From assembly GCA_977018835.1 (NCBI GenBank), contig OZ361259.1, positions 620,001 to 684,000 on the forward strand: a stretch of 64,000 nucleotides of DNA. Reading direction: 5' to 3'. Below, piece after piece: positions 26,046 through 36,800 of this stretch. Position 1 is the stretch's first letter. Each line of letters starts with the position of its first letter. The notes beneath the pieces were generated by a model, which saw only the letters and a list, made by a program, of their open reading frames with translations, ran no database searches and was not told the origin of the DNA. The stretch comes from Minutocellus sp. GHC0000111 (Eukaryota). The position numbers and the translations under genes were made by a program.

Positions 26046-28516
26046 CCTTGCTAAAACAAAACAACGAAATCGTTCTTCTGATCCACTGGGATAGTGGTGG
26101 AAGGTGAATGTGGTGCTCTTCAACCTATCTGGGTCTATGGCAGCTCTGTGTTCAATTTCGTTGTAACCGCTGAGAAATCTTTCAACAGCTGTTACAATGC
26201 AGGCGTCATCAGAATCAAGGTTGCGGAGAGACTTGTCAAAGAAAAAATGTCCCCCCTTTTTTGAGAACGTAGAGTTTGCGTGACCAACAATTTGATTGTT
26301 TGCTGCCTTGAATATCCTAAGATAAACAGTGGCAATGTCGGTACCGTTGGCCTTGTAGGACCAACCTCTATCTTGAAATGACCTGAGATTATGGAATATT
26401 TTCTCGCCATTATGCTCCATCTTCAGCTCTTTCTGCGCCTGCAAGAACATAATGGAACCCAAATGGGTCCGTGGCTTCATATTTGGGCATAATTTTCTTT
26501 TCATTAACGGCCAAATTTCTTCAAAAACATAGCTGGTATTGCAGCAGATTTGATTTGTGCCACTTGCATTACACGCAACATCTAGTTGACGCTCGACACT
26601 AGGAAAGATGTCATGAAGTTTCTCTGAAATTTCCCAAGCAATCATATCGGGGTGACCGCCCCCATCACCTTTACAGCGATGCTCTGCCTGTGTGGTGTCT
26701 GCAAATCTGGAGAAATCTCCACGTTCGGCACAAACAGAGATGTTTCGCTTATCATTGATTGTATGCATGCACTCAAAGCCCAACTTTTTAATATATATTT
26801 TTTTCATCAATAGGGTGAATGTTAGTTCGGCCAAACTTTTCTCTCATGGTCTTTGCTACCTCGATGAATTGTTCGTACTGTCTTACTCCCTTCCTTCCAA
26901 ATCCACTTAATCCAATCACAGGACCTGAGTACACGTTCAGGAATTCTTCTAGGAGAGGGGGCGGCTTCAGCTGTACTTCGTTCGAGTTGGCGCCAGTAAA
27001 ATTGCTCAAGCCCTTACGAATCATTGCAACAATGGAAGATTGCTTATCACGGTAGTCTTGTTTGCAATAAAAATTTCCAAATACCAAAGCATCAAGCGTG
27101 TCTAATTTGGCTTTGATCAGCATTTCCACTAAAGCTCGCCAATTTTTAGCATGAAAGACAGGATTATTTGTCAGTGATACGAGAGTAGAGTTGTTAGCAA
27201 AGGACGCAGCAAATCAATTTGTGTGAGCTTCTCCTAATCCAAAGAGGAGAGTGGAATCTTTATTGAGATCTTCGTAGTTGATCAGGCGATCACTGTATTG
27301 GCAGACAATAGTTTCTGTGATCTGCCGAGTGTGGCTGTTTCCCACAAAGAGAATCATGGTATTTTGCGGTAGAGGGTAATCTTGTCTACCAAATGATTTG
27401 GGGTAAGTATTCAAAAATGAAGACATTGCCTTTGAAAATCTACGATACTTTGGTCCGTCACACTTGTATTTGTCGAAACGAATTGAATAATCTCCAAAAT
27501 TTAGAGAAGACAGACGGCAAAGCCGAAGCAATTTCTGCGCTTGGCGTTTTTGACGTCAATTATCATTGACTGCACGACATTTGTCAGATTTTGAAGTTTC
27601 CCCTCACCCCATTGTGGCATCATATCTGGTTGCACCCCAACTTTGAGAGGTGGCAGATTCTGATGAAGGCAGTTTATGAATGACACGTGTTCACAGGTAT
27701 CATTGTCAAATCGAGAAGCACATTTCATGTCTTTGGGATGTCTTGACATACACGAGCATCGAGAATCAAGCCAAGACGTTGCTTTGTATAGAGCCAGTCC
27801 TCCAAAACAGCTTCTTACAGGGACGGGTTGGAGAGAATCGAAGGTATTGTCACTTCTGTTCACCAGTCCTTTCTTGAAAAAATATTTCAAGAGATTAACA
27901 TTGTTGAAAGTTTCGTGTTCTCTTCTGGCCAAACACGTTCCTCGAGCCGCCCTTTTACTCCATACACAAAAGTGTCGGGGAGAAGCACAGTTGCGAATGA
28001 GTCGTAGTAACCGGCAGCGCCTTCTCGATTGGTTTTGATGCCGGCAGAACAGATGACGTCAAATGACCCGCCATTTATGTTTCGCGATGCTACTGCTAGC
28101 ACTTGTCCTGGCAGTGGAAGAGTTCTTAAGTCAAAATCAATCAGTATGGCGATCAGCTTGTCCAAATTGAAATCCTTTTGCTTTGAACTTAAGTAGTTCC
28201 TTACTTGAGCCCGCTGATACTCACGCAAGAGTCTTACTCGCTGGACCCGGTGTCTAATGTTGGAGATTTCATTTGGTTCTTTTCGTAAAAACAAGGGGGC
28301 ACAGTGGGCACCAGGGAACTTCAATCTTCTCAGTTGTGGTTCAAATTCTTCTCCAGGACTTGCTTCCGCCGTCTTTTGTAACAAAAAAAGTTTCGATTCG
28401 ATGTTTACATGACACTTCGACGATAAAAGTTTTAACGTCCCGACTTCCACTGGAACCATTCGTGACCAGACCTGTGACGATGAAATCCGAAGGAGAATGT
28501 TGGCCACTGTTGACAA
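26046..28516 (-). pseudogene. Multidomain glycan-modifying gene: CAP59-like glycosyltransferase + SGNH-like esterase/acyltransferase + sulfotransferase-like domain; frameshifted and truncated
   Basis: ILIDFDL...YYDSFATV...VPVRSCFGGLALYK...CEHVSF (CAP59-like); ILFVGNSHTRQ...GGHPDMIAW (SGNH-like); VYLRIFKAANNQI...VERFLSGYNEIE (sulfotransferase-like). Spread over five same-strand ORFs. Confidence 0.6.
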
Positions 28517-31393
28517 AGTCTCTCTCTCGATATGACCGAAGTTGTGAAAGCTGTTTCCGGTGGTGGTGGTGGTGGTGTCGTCCCGCTAAGCAAGCTTAAA
28601 TCTATTTAATTAATCCAAAGAAAACCACATCTCGAAGAACAAAACATGTAGCCTAATTTTGCATTAGGGCTCTCCTTGCGGATCAGCTTGACCATGAATT
28701 ACTTGCGACCTCGTGCAAGCAACTCGGGTCTCTCGGAGTGCAATCGCCATTCCAGTCCAGCAGCTATCGCCAAATTATGCGGTGCATTCCGCCCCCTCTT
28801 TTGCGCCACATCAGGGTGGGAAGGTCTAAGACATTGCAAGCAGAGACGGCAGTGTTTCCCTGCATTGCAGAAAGACTTGCTTGTAGCGACACTTCGGTGT
28901 GTGAGAGAGGGTGACATGGCAAACCAGTCCTCTTGCCAAATAGCAAGAGCGGCAACTCACCCATGGGTTGGCTTAGAAGAAGACAAATGAGCGGCAGATC
29001 ACTGAGCGTTTCAGAAAACTCGTCGACAGATCGAGGCCACACCGCAGTCAATCTTGGCTTTGACAGAAGCAAGAATTCCGCTGCCGCTGCTTCCTCCACC
29101 GCATCCGCCGCGCCTTCGCGGACGCCCGGTGCCCGTCCTGCCGACGCCACCCTTTCACCGGTGGCGCCCTCGGCCTCTTTGCGGCCACCCCCTTCCGGTC
29201 CGTCGGCCACTCCGCTGCCCGTTGCTCCCGCAGCCCCCGCCGCTGCATCCGCGGCCCCTTCTCCCACTCCTGTCCCCGTCGCCACGCCCAACGACGAGAC
29301 TCTGTGGGAGTCCAAGATGTTCCAACCGTGTTTTCATGCCCGTCTCCACGGCGACTATCCGTACGTGCACTGCAGTCCCGAGGATTGGGACATGGTGCAC
29401 TCTCTCTTCATCCGCAGCCGGATTGCTCCCGGCCCACTCGCGCGGGCATCCTCTTTGCAATTGCCCACCGCTCCTCAGCACCGTCCCCCCATCACGGCCT
29501 CGGATTGTTCGATGCAATCTGTCCCGATGCTGACGACGACTCCTTTGTCTTCTGTCCTGTTGGCTCCATTGTCTGCACTGTCGGCCTCAGCTTCGGCACC
29601 AACAGTCAGTGCATCCGTGGCATCGTCGTTGGACACAACTGCAATTGTCATGTGCATGCACAAGCAATGAGAGGCCTAAGAATCTTAAATGAAGAAAATA
29701 GAATTTGACGATCAAACAATCGCATAGGCATTTTCAATGCCAGGCAACACAAGAGCACATGCTACAATGCAATTCGTGTGAATGAGGCGCTTCGGTGGCC
29801 CCCAAAATCTGGCTTCCGCCTCTACGTAGGTACGTAGTAACTATTACGTAGTGCATACATGTAGTGTACCTAAGGTTAAGCGGGGTCCATGACGTCATTC
29901 CGAACGAACGGTCCCTGAACGGTCCCCGAGCTCTTCTTTTCTCCCGGATTTATTTTGGCTCGTCTCAACTTGCCGATCAAATCCATGTGTCGGTTGATGA
30001 ATAGACAGCCAACAGGTGAGTGATGAGTAATGATTGCGGTTGCCTATTTTAGAGCAGAAGCTAGGCTTCAAGTCTGAAAACAGAGCGGAAGAACATCCAC
30101 ATGCATTGTATCAATAAAGCAGCACAAAGATACAAGAGTAGAGATACATCTACAGTCTACAGCATAGTTACATTTAGCTATATTGGTGTTGCTGAATATC
30201 ATGCTCTATTGTTAGATGTCCCCGGACTGTCAAAATGTCTTGAGGTTGGGGTGATGACGCAAATTGGGTCTGGGAAATTATTGAGGTCAAGGAATAATGC
30301 GTATAATATCTTCCAGAAGTGCCCGATGATAAAGAAAAATATGCACATGTAAGTTCAAATAATATCGAGCGCAACGGATGTGGTAGCAGTGTCAATGGAC
30401 TTTTGCTCGGTGGTCTTCTTTGCTGTCAAAGGTGGGGAGTAATTGAGTGCAGCATGGACCGAATTCCTCAAAATATGCATGCCAAAAGATGCGGCCGATG
30501 CAATTTGCACATGTCGCTTCTACCGTTCAAATTTGACACATGATATATGTAGGGGCTCAGCTGCGATGGAGGGTAGGGTGTTTGGTCTCTGTGGGATACC
30601 AGAGAGCTGGTAGAAAGGTCGGATGCCGGCAGTGTTTCAGAGTTTCGTGGAACCACGTATTGATTTGGAAGAGAATGTGCTGCCATTCAAGCTGACGATG
30701 GAATTCAGCAGTTCCAATATACTCTCTGCATGTTTTGATCATGGCAGTCACGACGGTGTGCCGGGCCTGGCGATCCGAGCTCTGGTTGTCGAGATAACCC
30801 ATGCCAAAGGTTGGAAGAATCGTGGATTTTTTTCGTGCGGAAGGAGACTGACGATCTTTGAGAGAAATAGCTCTCGCGATTCTGCTACGACAGGAATTCA
30901 GCGGAGATCGCGGAGGGCATACTCAAACAAAAAATACGGCGGTCACAGCCATGTGCATGTTGCTCCAATCTGCTGGCTTGGTTGGTGCTAACGAAACGGA
31001 CAAGATTGGCTGCTTGCCAGAAAAATGCTATCGGACCTCAGCATGGGCATACACCGTCCAAGTGGAGGCCTCGCTATCGTCAATTTGGCTTAGATGGGCA
31101 TGCCTGTTGAGAAAGTGAAATGAGGAGAAATTGAGAAGAATCTGATTGTTCTAGCAATGGCCATTCTTTGCCGTGGTAGTCCTGTAACTACGGTAAATAG
31201 ATGTTAGTATTGCTAGCCCTACCTTAGCTATTAAACAGCGGAATCCACTGGTGCTCAGGAAACTCAGATTTGGTAGATTGTAGGAGTAAGGTAGCGATTA
31301 CTGCTAGTATCTTTTGCCCATCATTTTGCATCGTTGCCTGGCACTGTCACATACCGCTGTATTTCTTTTTGTGCTCGACGGTCCGAAGGCCCG

Positions 31394-31523
31394 TCTCGCA
31401 TTCTTCACCACCCCAACCCTCGAAAGGGCAGGGTAACATTTATCTAGAACAAAGAAATCTCGCATTCTTCACCACCCCAACCCTCGAAAGGGCAGGGTAA
31501 CATTTATCTAGAACAAAGAAATC
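31394..31523. repeat. 64-bp perfect tandem duplication
   Basis: TCTCGCATTCTTCACCACCCCAACCCTCGAAAGGGCAGGGTAACATTTATCTAGAACAAAGAAA occurs twice in tandem. Confidence 0.95.
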
Positions 31524-31699
31524 GAAAACAGAATTGAGCTGACACTCACCTGGACTCAAACCGGCTGAAGGCCATCATTACAGCATCACTCTATGTTCAA
31601 GACACCATCCTGTACCTGCTCTGTGCCCAGGAGTACAAGGCCTTGTCCTCGTGTACTTTTATATCAATACTGGAAATCACAGTTTTGTTGATGTTGTCT

Positions 31700-32905
31700 T
31701 TTGTGATTTTACTAAAACCAGAGGCTTGATTCTTTCTTGCATTTACGAACTTTATTCCCAAAATTCAAAAAACAGAAAGAGTTTCGTCAAAACTCTCAAG
31801 AGTGCCAACCCAGTCAAAATGGAACTCCATTATTCTTGATAATTGGGATGAATTGACAGACAGTGGTTTCTGAAATGTTCCTTCTCCTTCACTGCCACCT
31901 AGGAAAAGCGTTGTGCCATGAACGAGCCACCTCGTTTGAGGGTTATCTGGAGATATTGACATCATGCCATCAACAGTCCATGGTTTGGGACAATCGACAT
32001 GTTTTAACTTACCCAAATAGATGCAAAAATAATTGTAGATCAACAGATATGCAGAAAGAGGGTTTCTCATTAAAGTAAACACAAAAAAAGGAATTCCATT
32101 TTTCTTTGCATTAAGTCTCCACGATCGCAAATGCTCTTGCAGTTGAAAGACTTCATTTTGGAAGGACATAGGTAAGCAAGACAATGTAAACAGTAAAAGT
32201 CCACGAGCATCAATCCGCGCTTGCCAAAACAAAGTACTTACATGGCTCTAAATTCCAGTGGAATTCAAAGAACTTTGTCCTTCCTACTTTTTCATGCCCT
32301 GATGTTTGCGTCCATTGTGTAATCAAATCTTTGGAAGCGTTCATGCTACGGTGCTCATTGCTATAATATTCCAGATGGTCATTCGTTTTAGCAAGATAAC
32401 GAAGCGATGAGCCTCCAGTTTTCGGCAAATGAAAAAATAATATTAAACCGCCCTTCGAGAGATCGGGGAGGCCGGGCCTCATTGGAACGTCGTGATCACA
32501 TTTCCCTTCCAACACATCATGATAACGATGCATGATCTCTGCAATGTCACTGTCCGCATAAAGAGTGCGACCTTTGCCTTGCCGATTATAATTCATGTGA
32601 ATCGACACGGTTTTCCCAGATGCTTTGTTAGTTCCTGAGATGTGAGCTTTTCCTTCATAAGTATATTTTGTGACAAAAGTTGGAGGGTTTAGATGCATGT
32701 ATTTCAGTAATCCATTTTCGTCGTTTGCATGTGTGAGCTTGACCCCTACCTTCTCCAGCAGGCTGGATACAAAAACATCCTCGCGCGAATCTACATTTTC
32801 TGTTAGAAACATATCTAACGCGTGTTCAGCCAAGAGCTTGACCGCTGCTTGATTGAGAGTGTAACCTGAGCCTCCAGCTGCGAAATATGACCCTTTATTC
32901 ATTAT
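31700..32905 (-). pseudogene. GT31/Fringe-like galactosyltransferase C-terminus fused to a sulfotransferase-like domain; 5'-truncated
   Basis: FAAGGSGYTLNQAAV...SREDVFVS (GT31-like); FFHLPKTGGSSLR and FTLMRNPL (PAPS-binding motifs). GTAAGT donor at ~32240; the expected acceptor reads TTAC. Confidence 0.65.
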
Positions 32906-33821
32906 TGGGCAAGAGCATGATTGTTTATGAATCGTAAGGCTACCCCGGTAGCAAATTAAACGGGGTGACCATTTGCCCTGAAATTGGCCCGAACCTGGCA
33001 GTTTCCGTCTGACGCTTCTCTTTTGTATGTGTTTCGCCTTTCGGCGATTCCTCACGTAAAATTAGAACGTTCCCTCTTTGCAACACAAGTATGATGAATT
33101 GAACAGCAAGCATTCATGCATTGTCTGCGAGGGTGTGTTGGTCTGACCGTCGACCGTATCGGCACGAAGGCTGAAGCACATCCAATGCATCGGCGTTCGC
33201 GACAGCGACGCCACTCAAGCAGTCATTGCTAATGCTAGTGCTCCGACATGCACTACCGTGCTGCGATTAGTGTAGGAGAGTTTGGTACCCGAGGGCGCCG
33301 GCTATCAACATCTCGATTTGGACACATTCAGGCTCACCAAAAAGGAGACCCGGAAGCGCTTCGTGCCTGACCCAAAGGTCATGCATCACATGTCATGTGC
33401 TAGCTAGTAGAGCCAAGCTGCATGCACAGCCATGTCCACACTTATTTGGAATTTCTTGCACCCATCGCAACACTGCATGTCATGCTCTGCGAGCTAGGGT
33501 GTTCATTGCAATGTGCTCTAAAATGTGTCTTTGTCGGTGCAAATTGTTTGATGTGACACAAAACAAGCGCTGCTCCCTCTTTCGTTTTTCAAGTCTGCTC
33601 GGATACTTGGAAGGACATTTGATGCTCGTTGAGGTCAAAACTGGCAAACCATTAGTGCTCAATGACGCATGATAAATGCGACAATCATTTGCTAACATTT
33701 TGTTTTGGATCAGAATGTGTGCACCTCTAGCTAGACTAGGCCCTACCCACTACGTATTAGTAAGCACGTAGTGTGTGGCATAATTTATTACAAACGATTT
33801 TTTTTCATAGTCTTTGCTACC

Positions 33822-36800
33822 TCAATGAATTGTTCGTACGACGACAGCAGTAGGGGGCTGCGGGTGACCCATTTCTTCTAGTGCTGCCCGGATTGGTGCT
33901 GCATCTTTCATGTTGAAAAATAATCCTCCCAATTCGGCTTCAGCGGCTGAGGACATTACATGCTTGATGACATTGGCATTGACGAGGATGGCTCCATTCA
34001 TTGGTGGCATGGGATCACTTGAGTCAGGCTGGCGGTGCGGGTGCTTAGGTCGGGAGCTTAGGTAGAAGTACCCTCCGAGCTTGCTTCTTGATTTCGGGGC
34101 TGATAAGTAGGAGGCGTCGCTATGTGCATGTAGGATCATGTCTGACTTGACGTATCGAATGACTGCGTCGGGATGGGTTGCAAGGTAATCTAGAAGCTTC
34201 TTGGCATCTTGTCGAGTGCGCTCGGTAGCTTTGGATTGTTCCGCTGAGATGCTGTTGAGCGCCGGTAAAATTGTTGAATCAATTGCTCGACCATAGTGCA
34301 AGGAGCTGCCCACCACCTGTTGAATTTCGTTGATGCCTTTGGCGTCGAGTGGTGGTGAGTCGTCTTCCGGTTCTGGCAGCTGGGGTCCCGGGCCATGCGT
34401 CGGACGATTCCATCGATGTGGCGCATGCTCGGGCCGTGAGGGGCGGTCGTGTTGGAACTTGTGGCGCATCTCCTTGACGTAGTTAGGCATAGATAGATCC
34501 ACCCATTTGGCCTCGTAGTTCCACTCGAGTTGAATGCCACAATAAAGTCGGCCTTCCCAATCGGTAGTGATCTTACACTTGGAGTTGAGGGCCTGAATGA
34601 GATGGTCTGCATGCTCTTTCCCGACATACTTTACTCCAAAATCGTCAACGGTTAGGCAAAAGGTAATTGGGCGGGTTTTGTGCCTCCAAAGGCCGGCAGT
34701 ACGCTTGCAAGGGAAATAGCCATGGGGTTTGAGATGCTTGACAAGTTGATCGTAGGCTAGGCGCACTGCCTGGGGTAATCCATACATTCCGCCATCGATT
34801 CTGACCAACACTCGACCATTCTTTACTTTGTCGTGGAGGTCGTAGGCTTCCATGACTTCGTTGGGGATGAGAGCTACTGGCACCCACATCCATTCTGGCT
34901 CTGGCATGGTGCTATTGAGATAGAAGTCACTGATATCAATTCCCATGAAACGAGCGTTGTCTGTAGAGATGACGCTGTTGAAAAGTAACTTTGCAGTCAA
35001 CATTTCAGCGGTCGGGGTCGAGACTGTACCAGGGTAATGAATTTTGTCGCCTCCTGCAGTCCATCGAACTCGATTGGGATTTGGTTTATGGGAGCGATAG
35101 TCGGCGACAATGCGGAGGTATGTGGCTTTCCCCCCCCCGAGGCAGTTCGGACCAGTGGACGAAAGCCATTGTATTGGAGGGAATGCTAGCACTGTTTCCA
35201 ACTCGGCCGTCCGTTAGCCGTCCAATTTCATCGATGTTTGCTTGAATGAATTGGTCCCTCATGTTCGTTTTGAGGAGGTCGCGGTATTCAAGCATTGCAC
35301 CAGTATCGGGATGGACGACGGAGTTAGCAAAGTGTTGGAGGTTTGGTAAAGGCGAGAAAGCTGCCATGTTGGCCACGTGGTGGGCACTACGACGAGATGA
35401 TGGCCGTGGGGGAGGGTTCCGATGTGGAATGTACCCTCGCTGACGGCATGATCGTCGTCGAGGTGGTTTGGCGGTCGATGGTTTGGACTTGCTTGTCGAT
35501 TTTGCTGGAGCTGGTAATGTTGGAGTGGCATCGATCGTTGGAGACTTGCGTTTACGTTGCCGACGGGAGGTGGGGGCATTGGAACTTTGATTGGATGTTA
35601 CGACGGTTGCATCGTCGTCATGATTATCACCATCGTCGCCGTTGGGCTCGTCTACTGCAGCCAAAGGATTGTAGTAGTTGGAAGAAACTGACGAGCGAGG
35701 TGGCGCGTTGGATCGACGTGATCGACGGCTTTTAGTGGTGGCTGCACCATGTGTGGAGGATTTTGCCACCCTCGGAGGTTGCTGGGGCTGAGGTAACGGA
35801 GCGTTGGGGTTGGAGACAAGGTGAAGGCCTACTTCAGTCTCGTTCATCTCTTCTACGTCGTCGTCCTCGTATTTGATTTTGTAGTACTTATACTTCTTGT
35901 CAAATGCAACGACTCTACCCTTGTAATTGCGATCTCCAAACACTTTGGCGACGATGGTGCCGAGGCGGAATCGTTGGGAGTCGTCATCGTTCTCCAGCAC
36001 CCTCGGAGCTGCGGTTGTCTGCATCGTCTCATCAGAGGCGGAGGTGGCAGATTCTGCTGGGGTCACGCTGTTGAAAATCTCGGAGAGCTTTTCTAAAGCT
36101 TGACGATGCTCGTCTCGAAGGAGAGCAAGGGGTGCCGCTGGATGTGGATTCTGTAGAGCGTGCAGGAGTTCATGAGCTGCGACTATTGCTGCATCGGCCG
36201 ACGACGTTTTGGGTACCGGAATCATTTTGGGGAGCCAGACGAGTGTGTTACCAGTGCATTCCGCCCGAGTTTCCTCAATCCAAACCTTGTAACACCGGTA
36301 GTGTTCCATGGCTGGACCGACATAGTACCCATCAACGCCATGCGGGGACCAAGAGCCGCGTGCCGAGGGCATCTCGTGAAAGATGACCTTGCATCCGAGG
36401 GGGCCGAGAGGCGTGCGATTGAAATCAAAGCCGCCATTGAGTTGCTCGTACGCTGATAGTCGAGGGTTGACTCGGGATGCTCTCAGGAAATTGAGGGTCA
36501 CTACCGCCTGCTCCAGCAATTTATCCCACAAGATGAGGGGAAAGTTGGGATCGGTACCACAGAGAATCGCAATGAATTGATTCTTAAAGGTTCGAATGGC
36601 TCGTTCGGCCGCATTTCGGCGGTGGGAGTGCGTTGGGGTCAATTGAAAATCTACATCCTTTTCTTCCATGAACTCCTTCAGCTCTCGACTCACTTCATCA
36701 TCCAATTGTTGCAATTTTGGGCGAAATCCTTGTTTGGAGAGGTATTCGAAAATAGTTTGGTACGCTCGGCGCATTTCCGTTCCCGATCGGCTTTTCATTG

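Noticed and set aside
25317..26834. 505-aa ORF as one gene
   Set aside because: It is a chimera of the glycan-gene tail and the antisense of a TA-depleted fragment, which stays open because TAA/TAG are missing.
30100..31300. Possible gene or retroelement relic
   Set aside because: Only short broken ORFs with no motif I can recognise.
35130..35138. Programmed ribosomal frameshift in Copia RT
   Set aside because: It lies in a 9-nt homopolymer within pol, so slippage or a consensus error is more likely.
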